DNA of 64,000 bases, from the IMG/VR virus record IMGVR_UViG_3300030330_001255; one strand, given 5' to 3'. The stretch's first letter is position 1. Each line of letters opens with the position of its first letter. Under the pieces are notes generated by a model that was not told the origin of the DNA, ran no database searches, and saw nothing but the letters and a program-made list of their open reading frames with translations. Below, piece by piece: positions 20,768-30,755 of this stretch. Origin of the DNA: an uncultured virus (IMG/VR IMGVR_UViG_3300030330_001255). Its lineage: Duplodnaviria > Heunggongvirae > Uroviricota > Caudoviricetes. Position numbers and translations under genes: made by a program.

Positions 20768-22299
20768 TGTTTTTCAAGAGACCCAGTTTTAAATACGGTG
20801 GCGAGGCCGAAGGTATCAAGCAGACAGTTAGAAGAAAATTCGAAGCAGGCTCTAATCCTAATAGATCAGGTAACGCTTTTGTCAAAGATATATTTGAAAC
20901 ACAACCAGCAACTAATTTTAATGTAATGAATGAAGGCATAGGTCAGGGTCTACAAATGAAAAATCCTAGTGCTGCTATGGGTATGGCTGAGTTTGACGAT
21001 TCGTATTTAAAATCTGTTTTAGAACCTAAAGATCAAGGTGTAACTGCTGATGCAGGTTTTGAAGAAATGGGTTTAGGTCAGACAAAAGAGAAAGTAACTT
21101 CTGCAGATGTTCAAAGTGGTGAAAAAGAACCTCCTGGATTTTTTGGATTTACATTTGATAAACCTCGTACTATAGGTGAGATTTTTAAAGGTAGAGTAGC
21201 AATAGAAAATGAAAGGGAGATAAAGGATGAAGAAGAAAGACTACAAAAAGCTATTGCGGCAGATGTAGAGAGAGAAGAGAAAACATTTAATCCTGATGAT
21301 ATTGTATTTAGTAAAAATAGAATACAAGAAATACAAAAGAAAAATCAAGATACAAAACCTGAAGTTAATATTGCTGATGAATTTGCAGATATTACATTAG
21401 GATCAAAACAAGATGAAGACACTGCTAATAAACTATTAGCGGGTGAATTAAAAGCAAAAGCAGACGATGATCCTGCTAAGGCATTAGATGGTGAAGAATT
21501 AAATCTAGCAAACAAAGAAGCTGAGAGTGGTTTAACAGGTAAATTTATACCTATGTTTGAAAAGTATTTATCTCCAGAAGCAGCTGAAATAAAAAGAGAT
21601 GCGTTTTTAGCTGTAGCCAAAGCAGGTTTTAGATTGATGAATAAATCTGTAGCTGAGGCAGGCTTAGAATCAGTGGACGACTTTGAGAAAATTGCAAAAG
21701 AAAAACGTCAATTAAGAGCATTAGCTGCAATGAAAGGATTAGACTTTGAAAAAGACATTATGATTGCAGATAAAAAATTAAAAATAGCTGCAATCAAAGC
21801 AGGTAAATTAGATAGTTATGATAAAAAATCATTAGAACTTAAAAATGGTTTACAAGCATTATATCCTGAAGTCTCTTCCACTTTTATAGATGGTGTTGCT
21901 GCCCAGGTTAGAGTTAAAGGTGGCACTTACAATTTTAGTTTAGATAAAGAATTATATAATGATGCTTCAACTTTAATGGCTTTTTCTACAGGAGGAGCAA
22001 AAACTCCTGGTTTAGTTCCTAAAAATTATCATTATGAAATAGCTAAATTTGCTTATATAGATCCAAATTTAGATGTTAATAGTAATTTAATTGAGATACC
22101 TACAAAACCTGGAAAGAATAATCAAAGAACATTAGACCAAGCGTTTGAATTACAACCAGGTAATTTTTATTTTAGTGAAGGATTAAACAACGGTAAGAAA
22201 ATTTTCCAATATACAGGAGATGAAAATCTAACGCTTGCTGATGGACAAAATTTATTTAAAGAATATGTTTCTCCAGTAAAAGGCCATGTATTAAAATAG
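20767..22299 (+). CDS. Putative internal virion protein
   Basis: 510 aa helical ORF in the ejection cluster. Confidence 0.5.
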   Translation: MFFKRPSFKYGGEAEGIKQTVRRKFEAGSNPNRSGNAFVKDIFETQPATNFNVMNEGIGQGLQMKNPSAAMGMAEFDDSYLKSVLEPKDQGVTADAGFEEMGLGQTKEKVTSADVQSGEKEPPGFFGFTFDKPRTIGEIFKGRVAIENEREIKDEEERLQKAIAADVEREEKTFNPDDIVFSKNRIQEIQKKNQDTKPEVNIADEFADITLGSKQDEDTANKLLAGELKAKADDDPAKALDGEELNLANKEAESGLTGKFIPMFEKYLSPEAAEIKRDAFLAVAKAGFRLMNKSVAEAGLESVDDFEKIAKEKRQLRALAAMKGLDFEKDIMIADKKLKIAAIKAGKLDSYDKKSLELKNGLQALYPEVSSTFIDGVAAQVRVKGGTYNFSLDKELYNDASTLMAFSTGGAKTPGLVPKNYHYEIAKFAYIDPNLDVNSNLIEIPTKPGKNNQRTLDQAFELQPGNFYFSEGLNNGKKIFQYTGDENLTLADGQNLFKEYVSPVKGHVLK

Positions 22300-22302
22300 G
22301 AG

Positions 22303-25300
22303 TTGACTATGGTCAATATTTTAAAACTTAATGCAGAGCAGACAGGTGCTTACAACAACATACCACTAAACTCAGCTGAAGAAGAAAATGATGTAGCAAC
22401 ATGGGAATCTGTATTAAATGGTATAGGTTCTGGTCTAATTAAAGCTGTTGGTAATACTGTATCGTTGGGTGCAGAACTAATAGATCTTGGTGCTGACACA
22501 AACAAAGCAGCTGAGGTAGAAGCATACTTTGATAAGATAAATCCATTTGATGAAAAAGCAGAGGCAACAACTGCAGGTAAAGTAACAGAGGTATTATCTC
22601 AATTGGCAATACCTGGAACAGCAGGTTTTAAATTAGCGAGTGCAGGGGTCAAAGGTTCAAAGATGGCTAGTAAAGCTATCAAAGCAAAAAAGAATAATAA
22701 ATATTTAGAGAAAGCAAACGGTAAAAAAGCATTAGAAGAATTACAAAAAGTACAAAAACAATATAATAGGAAAAGTTTTTTTGCAGGCGTGGCTGGTGGT
22801 ACGGCAGCAGAGGTAGCTGTATTTGATGAAGATATAGGGACTTTTGGATCTACGTTTGATTTTGGTATAACTAAATTAAATACTGATGATGACTTAGAGG
22901 GTAGAGAGAATGCTTTACAATCATTAATAAATAGAAGTAAGTTTGGTTTAGAAAGTATATTTCTAACAGGTATTATAGGTGGTGTAGGTACAACTGCAAA
23001 ACTATTGGCTAATCATGGTCAACAACTAAGCCTATCTAACAATAGGTTTTTTCAATTTATAAATAAATATATAAGAGAACCTTTTGTATCTACTGGTAAA
23101 AAAACACCTGAACAATTTGAGTTAGAAAGACAGGCGATAGGTAAAGCATCTAGATCAAGACAAGAGGCTAGTAGAGCAGTTTCTAATTTAAACAGAGGTA
23201 TAGATTTATTATTTGGCAGATGGAGATTTACTTTATCTGCAGCAGAAAAAGAAAAAAGAGCAGATATAATAAAACAAGTTGGTAGAACTATTATGTCAGG
23301 TGAATCTAAATTAGTTAAAGATGAAACTGGTAAAAGTATATTAGAGTTTGGTGGTAGTATAAAAAAACCTTTAGCAGGATTTGATAAAAAAGAAGTTACA
23401 AAATTAAAAGGATTATTAAAAGGTTTACCAGGTGAAGATTATTTTGATCAATTATATGGTAGTATGTATTATACTAGACTGGTAGCTGATGATGTTAGAA
23501 ATACATTTTATAATACTGACTTAGTGCAAAAAGCGGCAGGCCCAGAATATAAAAAATTAGTTGAGAGTAAAATAGGATCGTTTTTTGAAACAGCTTTTCC
23601 ATTAATACAAACAAAAAACCTACCTAGATTTTTACAATATAAACCAACAAGAGAAACTATTGATTCTGTAAGAAAAGAATTAATAGAGGTTAGTAAAACT
23701 AATCCTAATTTAAGATTAGCTTACGATGGTGGAATGACAGTAGGACAAGCAGATGCAATAATAGATGACATATTAAGTGCAAAAGATTTAACATTAGGTA
23801 GATTTAAAACACAACCTAAAGTAAAACCAGATGGTAAATTAGAAGATGATATAATAACTAAATTATCTAAAACAGTTGAATCACAGACAGATCCAACAAA
23901 AGCAAAAACTATTGCTAAAGGTATGGATCCAATAGAATTTAGAAGAGTAAGACCTTTTGAAGATGCAGAGATATTAACAGCTAATTTCAGAGCACCCACT
24001 GCATTGTCTAAAGCTACATTACAAAAAGAATTTATAGGTAATAAAAATTTAAGAAAAATATTAGGAGATGAAGGAGATATTAGAATTAGATTCTTCAACA
24101 CTTTAGAAACATTAACTAATTACAATACTAAATTAAACTTAGGAAAAAGTTTAATGAATGCCGTAAAAAAAGCAGAGGAACAGTTCGGTATTGTTGGTGA
24201 TAACGTATCAAATATTTTAAAACCTAACAGAAATTTACCATTAGGTTTTTCAAGTATAAAGAATGCAAGAGCAATATTAGGAGATGAAGTTGCATTAGAC
24301 TACATTAATGTTCCTTCGTTTGGTGATACTGGATTACAAAATTTATTAGGTGTAGCTAAAAAAGCAAAAAAAGGTGAAGAGGCTTTTGATCCTTTTTATA
24401 ATATGGTCTTTAGAAGAGAGGTAGCTGAAGAATTAGCAGGCACACAAAAATGGTATATGAAAGATGGAGTTACTTTAAGTTTATATAGAAACATGTTATT
24501 GTTTCCAAAAGCAACATCACAGATAGCTAAAACAGTTTTATCACCAATTACTCACGCTAGAAATTTAATTAGTGCAGGTGCATTTTCTGCAGCAAATGGC
24601 GTATTACCTCTAATACCTGTAAGACCAGGTGATTACGCTATCTTTGCTAAATCATTAAAAGATTCTTTGGGCCCATTAGTTGGTAAAAATAAACTAAGAG
24701 CAAAACAAGTTTATGATGAATTATTAGAACTAGGTGTCGTAAACTCAAACGTAAGATTAGGAGATTTATCAGGTCTTTTACAAGATTTACAAATTGGTAA
24801 AGGGATATTAACAGACAGAGGCTTTGGTAGAGCACTTAATCCTTTTAAAAAGTTTTATAAAAAAATGGAAAATTTATATGTGGCAGAGGATGATATATGG
24901 AAAATGGTAAACTTTGCATCTGAAAGAGCAAAATTATTAAAAGCATATAAAGGTAATACGTCTTCATTTAGAAATCCATTTACAGGTGCAGCTGAAACAT
25001 TAAATGAAAGAGCAGCAAGAATTGTTAGAAACACAGTTCCTAATTACGATTATGTATCTAGTTTTGTAAGAGGTTTAAGAGGATTACCATTTGGTAACTT
25101 TGTATCTTTTCCTGCTGAGATAATTAGAACAGGTGGTAACATAATAAAACAAGGTATTGATGAGATGATAGATCCTGCAACAGGTAAAATATCAGTTAAG
25201 TCTCCTACTTTTAGTATAGGTTTTAGTAGAATATTAAATTCTTCAATGGTGTTTGCAGGTGTTCCGTACGGATTATACGAAGGAATGAAAGCACTGCACA

Positions 25301-26502
25301 ACGTAACAGAAGATGAGATGAACGCTCTTAGAAAAATAGTTCCTGATTGGTCTAAAAATTCTGTTCTCTTACCTATGGGTAGAGATAAAAATGGTAAATT
25401 AAAATATATAGATTTTAGTCATGCAAACGCATACGATACTTTAATAAGACCAATACAAACAGTTAGAAATGCTGTAATTTCTGGTGAAGAAGATGCTGAA
25501 AAGGTAACAACATCTTTGACAAAAGGATTGTTAGAAGCTATGTCTGAGGTGGCTCAACCATTTGTAAGTGAATCTATATTTTTTGAAGCAGCAAATGATA
25601 TTATATCCAGAGGTGGACGAACTAGAACAGGTAAAATTATATTTGATCCAGACGAAAGTTTAGGTAATAAAGTAAGAAAAGTAACTATGCATACTTTAGC
25701 AACACAAGCACCAGGTAGTGTTGCTGCTTTAGAAAGAATATTACGGGCTACAGCAGATGGTGAAAGAGATATATTAAAACAATTTGATAAATATGGAAAT
25801 GAATATTTTTTAAGAGATGAACTACCAGGTATAGCAGGATTTAGAGTTGTTACTGCTGATACAAACAGAGCCCTTCCATACATAGTAACCGCATACAGAA
25901 AAACAATTGACAGAGCAAAAGGCCCAATAAATACTTTAGTTTACAGGGGTGGTGAGATAGATCCAATAGATTTAACAGAAGCAGTAATAGAAGCCAATAA
26001 AAGAAAATTTAAATTAGACAGAGAGTTCTATCAAAAGTTAGAAGCCTTAAAAACTTTAGGTGTAGATACAGTTAAATTTGAAAAACAATTTAATAGAATA
26101 AGAGGTGAAGGACAAAAATCATTTTTAAGAACAGGTTTATATAATCCTGTAAAATTAACTGCTCAAGATATTACAGCCATAGTTACAAATGCAAATGAAA
26201 AAGGTTTTAAAAATCCATTGCCTACATCTTTAACACAAATAAATAGATTTATTGGTGATATTACTGCAATACCATTATTAGAGGCTCCGTTAGAAGAAGC
26301 AACAGATGTAGATGATTTTATAAATGATGTTAGATCAAGAAATGCAAGAGAAAGTTCTTTGATACCTAACGTATTTAAACAAGATTTGAACACTGCAATG
26401 CCTGCAAACATAGGAAATACAGTAACAAATATGAATGTACCTTACAATCAAATGACTATTGCACAGAAGATAGAATACGATAATATGGTAAGAGGTAGAT
26501 AA
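22303..26502 (+). CDS. Large internal virion / ejection protein
   Basis: 1399 aa; PFGNFVSFPAEIIR motif; last gene of the ejection cluster. Confidence 0.6.
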   Translation: MTMVNILKLNAEQTGAYNNIPLNSAEEENDVATWESVLNGIGSGLIKAVGNTVSLGAELIDLGADTNKAAEVEAYFDKINPFDEKAEATTAGKVTEVLSQLAIPGTAGFKLASAGVKGSKMASKAIKAKKNNKYLEKANGKKALEELQKVQKQYNRKSFFAGVAGGTAAEVAVFDEDIGTFGSTFDFGITKLNTDDDLEGRENALQSLINRSKFGLESIFLTGIIGGVGTTAKLLANHGQQLSLSNNRFFQFINKYIREPFVSTGKKTPEQFELERQAIGKASRSRQEASRAVSNLNRGIDLLFGRWRFTLSAAEKEKRADIIKQVGRTIMSGESKLVKDETGKSILEFGGSIKKPLAGFDKKEVTKLKGLLKGLPGEDYFDQLYGSMYYTRLVADDVRNTFYNTDLVQKAAGPEYKKLVESKIGSFFETAFPLIQTKNLPRFLQYKPTRETIDSVRKELIEVSKTNPNLRLAYDGGMTVGQADAIIDDILSAKDLTLGRFKTQPKVKPDGKLEDDIITKLSKTVESQTDPTKAKTIAKGMDPIEFRRVRPFEDAEILTANFRAPTALSKATLQKEFIGNKNLRKILGDEGDIRIRFFNTLETLTNYNTKLNLGKSLMNAVKKAEEQFGIVGDNVSNILKPNRNLPLGFSSIKNARAILGDEVALDYINVPSFGDTGLQNLLGVAKKAKKGEEAFDPFYNMVFRREVAEELAGTQKWYMKDGVTLSLYRNMLLFPKATSQIAKTVLSPITHARNLISAGAFSAANGVLPLIPVRPGDYAIFAKSLKDSLGPLVGKNKLRAKQVYDELLELGVVNSNVRLGDLSGLLQDLQIGKGILTDRGFGRALNPFKKFYKKMENLYVAEDDIWKMVNFASERAKLLKAYKGNTSSFRNPFTGAAETLNERAARIVRNTVPNYDYVSSFVRGLRGLPFGNFVSFPAEIIRTGGNIIKQGIDEMIDPATGKISVKSPTFSIGFSRILNSSMVFAGVPYGLYEGMKALHNVTEDEMNALRKIVPDWSKNSVLLPMGRDKNGKLKYIDFSHANAYDTLIRPIQTVRNAVISGEEDAEKVTTSLTKGLLEAMSEVAQPFVSESIFFEAANDIISRGGRTRTGKIIFDPDESLGNKVRKVTMHTLATQAPGSVAALERILRATADGERDILKQFDKYGNEYFLRDELPGIAGFRVVTADTNRALPYIVTAYRKTIDRAKGPINTLVYRGGEIDPIDLTEAVIEANKRKFKLDREFYQKLEALKTLGVDTVKFEKQFNRIRGEGQKSFLRTGLYNPVKLTAQDITAIVTNANEKGFKNPLPTSLTQINRFIGDITAIPLLEAPLEEATDVDDFINDVRSRNARESSLIPNVFKQDLNTAMPANIGNTVTNMNVPYNQMTIAQKIEYDNMVRGR

Positions 26503-26504
26503 TT

Positions 26505-26723
26505 ATGGCAATAGAACCGAAAACAACAAGAGAACACATAGTGGCGTTATATGGTTATATAACGGGTGTAAGAAAAGATATTACTACAATTAAGAATAAT
26601 CATCTCAAACACATACATGCAGATGTCGAGAAGTTGGGTGGTAAGATAGACAAGATCTATTGGGTTCTCTTAGCAGCAGCGGGATCTGCAGCACTTTTTG
26701 CATTAGGACTATTATTTCAATAA
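26505..26723 (+). CDS. Small membrane-anchored protein (lysis-associated?)
   Basis: IKNNHLKH coiled coil plus C-terminal TM helix; precedes the endolysin. Confidence 0.55.
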   Translation: MAIEPKTTREHIVALYGYITGVRKDITTIKNNHLKHIHADVEKLGGKIDKIYWVLLAAAGSAALFALGLLFQ

Positions 26724-27199
26724 TGAATCTTTCACGTAATTTTACTCTCTCAGAGTTAACTAAATCAGACACTGCAATACGTAGGGGTATAAACAATAAC
26801 CCTAACGCAGAACAAGTAGAAAAATTAAAAGCATTGTGTGAGAATATCTTACAACCAGTGCGTGATCATTTTGGCAGGGTTAAGATTACTAGCGGATATC
26901 GTAGCCCAGAATTATGCACAGCGATAGGTAGTTCTGTAAATTCACAGCACGCCAAAGCTGAGGCGGCAGACTTTGAATGTGTTGGTGTAGATAACGCTGA
27001 ACTTTTTGATTGGATCAAATTAAATCTTGAGCCAGATCAGCTGATTCTTGAGTTCTATACTCCAGGTGAACCTAACAGCGGATGGATACATTGTAGTTGG
27101 ATACCTGAAGGTAGACGTGCATCGTTTTTACATGCGTATAAGTCGGAAGGTAAAACTAAATATAAACCTGTATTAGGTAAAGCAAAAGATTTATTTTAA
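26723..27199 (+). CDS. Peptidase M15 family endolysin
   Basis: SGYR...SQH...AAD...WIH motifs; true start is probably ATG 26723. Confidence 0.85.
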   Translation: MNLSRNFTLSELTKSDTAIRRGINNNPNAEQVEKLKALCENILQPVRDHFGRVKITSGYRSPELCTAIGSSVNSQHAKAEAADFECVGVDNAELFDWIKLNLEPDQLILEFYTPGEPNSGWIHCSWIPEGRRASFLHAYKSEGKTKYKPVLGKAKDLF

Positions 27200-27402
27200 C
27201 GACACATACAACCTATCATACTACCACTCCCATCATTCATTATATGTAGATTTAAAGTGTCAACATAGCCTGTGAGTTTTAGTCTTAGGATATCACAGAG
27301 ATCAAAACAATCAATCTCGCCCGTTAATACAATACCCTCCATCATTTTTTTTGTTACGGGTATTAATTGATATAATCCATCGTTTAGTATTATTAAATCC
27401 AT
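27196..27402 (-). CDS. Hypothetical protein
   Basis: Overlaps the helicase stop codon. Confidence 0.55.
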   Translation of the reverse strand: MDLIILNDGLYQLIPVTKKMMEGIVLTGEIDCFDLCDILRLKLTGYVDTLNLHIMNDGSGSMIGCMCR

Positions 27403-28853
27403 TCTCTTAAATCTTCACCCATTATCTCAGTGGCTATATTAACCTTATTTCTTAATGACTCGACAATCTTCTCATCCACTGTATCATCAGCCATCATATC
27501 TATATAAGTAACTTTATTTTTTTGACCTATCCTGTGGGCTCTATCTTCTGATTGTAATCTCTTTTCTAAATCATAACTATTTGAATAATATATAACAGCT
27601 TTTGCCTCTGTTAGCGTAATACCATAACCACCTGTCTGCGGATTACCTATAAAAAATCTAACTTTAGAATTAGGGTCTTGAAATTTTTTAATGTTCTCTT
27701 GTCTTTGGTCAGCGTTTATTGCACCATAATAGGTAACAATAGCCTCTGTTCCATATTTTAGATTACCCTCTTCGTCTTTCATATGAGAGATGGCTTTTAT
27801 AATACTCTTAATATCATGGACATAGTTAGCCCAAATGATTACCTTACCATCGACCTCTTCGATTAGATTAAGTAAGTCTTTAATTCTATTATTTTTTAAC
27901 TCTATTACCTCATCATTATCGGTTTTCATATGACCACAGGTTATCTGATGTAGTCGCATTAACTGTGTTAATACTGTGCTCGTTGACATAACCTTAGAGT
28001 TTAGTTCTGCGAGGGCCGTGGTTCGCATTTGATCGTAAAGCTGTCTCTGTTCTTTGGTTAATTCTACTCTATGTTTTATAAATAATTTTTTAGGTAAGTC
28101 CAAGCAATCCTCCTTTAATACTCTAAATGAAAATGGTTTAATGTTTTTTTCTAGTTCTTCTATTCTTTGATAACCAGCAACTAGCTGGATTGATCTACCA
28201 TTAATTAACACTCTACGCATAATGGCGTATCTATTTCTAAAAGAAACGTAAGAAAAATAGTTAAGTAAAAATGGATCTAAGAAATAACACTGACTAAATA
28301 AATCCAAAGGTGATTTAGTTACTGGTGATCCAGTAAGTATTCTACGATAAATAGCACCATCTGCTATCTTAATTATATTTTTTGTTCTAGCTGCACCTGG
28401 ATTTTTTATTGTAGTGCTTTCGTCTACGGCTAACATAGCTTTATGTGTTCTTAAAAATTTCTGTGCAGCATCTACACCTTTTTGTGTAGACAATGCTTCA
28501 ACATTCATAATAAATATATGAAGATCATCATCAACTTTTAATAAACTTTCAAATTGTTTTTTAAATTTTTTTGTATGATTAGCTTGCCACATTACCATTT
28601 TATGTTTAACGTGATCAGGCATATGTGTAGGTATCTCTTCAGAAAACCAATTTTTATAAACACCTTTTGGTGCTATAATTAGAGCACCATCTATCTTTCC
28701 GTTGTCATATAATATGGCTATGTTATCTATTAATACTTTAGATTTACCTGTACCCATCTCCATAAACAATGCAAAATTTTTTTCAAATGCACTTCTTTCA
28801 AGCGCAATTGATTGATGTTGAAACGGTTTCGTTTTAAATTTATATTTAAACAT
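27393..28853 (-). CDS. SNF2-like SF2 helicase
   Basis: MEMGTGKS, DEST, LTGSP and QSEDRAHRIGQ motifs. Confidence 0.9.
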   Translation of the reverse strand: MFKYKFKTKPFQHQSIALERSAFEKNFALFMEMGTGKSKVLIDNIAILYDNGKIDGALIIAPKGVYKNWFSEEIPTHMPDHVKHKMVMWQANHTKKFKKQFESLLKVDDDLHIFIMNVEALSTQKGVDAAQKFLRTHKAMLAVDESTTIKNPGAARTKNIIKIADGAIYRRILTGSPVTKSPLDLFSQCYFLDPFLLNYFSYVSFRNRYAIMRRVLINGRSIQLVAGYQRIEELEKNIKPFSFRVLKEDCLDLPKKLFIKHRVELTKEQRQLYDQMRTTALAELNSKVMSTSTVLTQLMRLHQITCGHMKTDNDEVIELKNNRIKDLLNLIEEVDGKVIIWANYVHDIKSIIKAISHMKDEEGNLKYGTEAIVTYYGAINADQRQENIKKFQDPNSKVRFFIGNPQTGGYGITLTEAKAVIYYSNSYDLEKRLQSEDRAHRIGQKNKVTYIDMMADDTVDEKIVESLRNKVNIATEIMGEDLREWI

Positions 28854-28867
28854 TTTTACTTTCTTAT

Positions 28868-28902
28868 CTTGACATATAATTTATGATGTATTATATGTCA
28901 AG
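28868..28902. promoter_or_regulatory. Palindromic divergent promoter pair
   Basis: CTTGACATATAAT-N9-ATTATATGTCAAG between divergent replication genes. Confidence 0.7.
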
Positions 28903-28907
28903 TAGAA

Positions 28908-29303
28908 ATGACAGAAAGTATAGCAAAAGCATTAAACGATAAATTTAATAACAAATCTATTGTTTATGTTATTCAAGCAGTACCTGGTACACGTGATGGT
29001 GCACCAAAAATAAATATTGTTGGAGCACAAGAATTTGGCGAAATTAAGGTATTGTTAGATGAGGACAAACAAATAATGTTTAGTCCTGCACCTATGATCA
29101 GAAAAATGAAAAGGATGTTAAAAGACTTTTCAGATAATGATTACTTGTTATTAACAGGTGATCCTGCTATGATCGGTGTTGCGTGTTCTGTTGTTTCTGA
29201 AGTAAACAATGGTAAATATAAACTTTTGAAGTGGGACAGGCAAGAAAGACAATACTATCCTATTTCAATTAATATACATGAAAGAGGTAATACTGATGAG
29301 TAA
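28908..29303 (+). CDS. Hypothetical protein
   Basis: DYLLLTGDP and LLKWDRQ motifs; first gene of the replication operon. Confidence 0.7.
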   Translation: MTESIAKALNDKFNNKSIVYVIQAVPGTRDGAPKINIVGAQEFGEIKVLLDEDKQIMFSPAPMIRKMKRMLKDFSDNDYLLLTGDPAMIGVACSVVSEVNNGKYKLLKWDRQERQYYPISINIHERGNTDE

Positions 29304-29883
29304 AGAAAGTAATATGGAAAAACTTTGGGAACAAGACCAAGGTAGCACTCTGCAAGAAGGCGGTGGCGATCTAGCGGAGTTAAATAAGAAAGTAAAAAAG
29401 TTAGAAGGACATCAAGATCAACTGGAAAAACTTGAAGAAGAAGTTGATAAAGTAAAAGCAGAAATAAAAAAGATTTCTTACGAAGAGATACCAGACCTTC
29501 TGGCTGAAAAAGGTATTGAGAAACTTACACTACATGATGGAACCGTAGTGGAAGTTAAAAAAGTAATTAACGCATATCTACCAAAAGCGGATAGAGATCC
29601 CGAAGGTAGAGAAAAAGCGTTTAAATGGCTTCGAGATAACGGCCATGGTGATATTATTCAAAATAACATCATAGTTTCCTTTGGTCGTGGCGAAGATAAC
29701 AAGGCGGTGGAATACGCTAGCCTTGCACAGCAAAAAGGTTATTTACCTACTCAAAAGGTAGATGTACATAACCGAGTCCTTGTTGCTGCACTAAGGGAGC
29801 GTCTCGAAAAAGGACTAGAGATGCCTTCCGAACTATTTAACATGTTTGTAGGAAACCAAACCAAAATAAAGAGGAGTAAATAA
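29296..29883 (+). CDS. Hypothetical replication-module protein
   Basis: AFKWLRDNGHGDII motif; start placed after the GAGG RBS. Confidence 0.7.
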   Translation: MSKESNMEKLWEQDQGSTLQEGGGDLAELNKKVKKLEGHQDQLEKLEEEVDKVKAEIKKISYEEIPDLLAEKGIEKLTLHDGTVVEVKKVINAYLPKADRDPEGREKAFKWLRDNGHGDIIQNNIIVSFGRGEDNKAVEYASLAQQKGYLPTQKVDVHNRVLVAALRERLEKGLEMPSELFNMFVGNQTKIKRSK

Positions 29884-29885
29884 CA

Positions 29886-30698
29886 ATGAGTCAAGAAGCA
29901 ATGACCGATGCTAGTGGAAAGAAACTAGAGAAGAAAGAAGCAAATCTGCCTAGTGAACTTACTGCAATGTTTGAAGCAGATGCAGGAATGGGCATGGAGA
30001 ATGTTGGATCAGAAGATGTTAAGATTCCGTTTTTAAGAATCTTACAGGATCTATCTCCGCAGGTAAAGGAGGGTAAAGGTGAATATATACAAGGTGCAAA
30101 ACCTGGTATGATTATTAACTCTGTATCCAAAAAACTTTACGATGGCAGAAAAGGTATCAATGTTCTACGATGCTATTATAAAAGAGAGTTCGTAGAGTGG
30201 CAAGATAGAGGTAAGGGTGATAGTGCACCTGTTGCTACATATCCTGCTAACAGCGATATCATAACAAAAACAACTAGAGATCAGTTAGGAAAAGATAGAT
30301 TACCTAGTGGTAATTATCTATCTAATACTGCTAATCACTATGTGTTGATGTTAGATGGTAATATGGTTACTGAAAGTGCCTTGATAGCAATGTCATTTTC
30401 ACAGCTTGTAAAAAGTAGAGAGTGGAACACCATGATCACAAGTAACAAGCATATGAAAAAAGATGGCAGTATCATAAAGCCGCCTGCTTTTAGCCATGTT
30501 TACAATTTAAAAACTGTCTTACAATCAAATAGTAAGGGTGAGTTTTATAATTGGAACATCACAAAAGTTGGGCCATTGACAGATCCAAATGCTTACAAAA
30601 CTGCAAAAGAGTTCTCAGAGGGTGTCTCTAAGGGCGCAGTAAGTGCTAAGTATGATGAGGATAAAGTCAATGATTCATCATCTGATTCGCCATATTAA
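29886..30698 (+). CDS. Putative single-stranded DNA-binding protein
   Basis: IPFLRILQDLSP motif; acidic tail ending in an aromatic residue (DSSSDSPY). Confidence 0.6.
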   Translation: MSQEAMTDASGKKLEKKEANLPSELTAMFEADAGMGMENVGSEDVKIPFLRILQDLSPQVKEGKGEYIQGAKPGMIINSVSKKLYDGRKGINVLRCYYKREFVEWQDRGKGDSAPVATYPANSDIITKTTRDQLGKDRLPSGNYLSNTANHYVLMLDGNMVTESALIAMSFSQLVKSREWNTMITSNKHMKKDGSIIKPPAFSHVYNLKTVLQSNSKGEFYNWNITKVGPLTDPNAYKTAKEFSEGVSKGAVSAKYDEDKVNDSSSDSPY

Positions 30699-30755
30699 AC
30701 GAATCCTAGGTAGTGGGCGATAAAGCGAGAGTGGAGTCGCCCACGTTGCATATGT

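Noticed and set aside
1678..26411. Many antisense ORFs within structural genes
   Set aside because: Shadow ORFs from codon bias; no RBS or recognisable motifs
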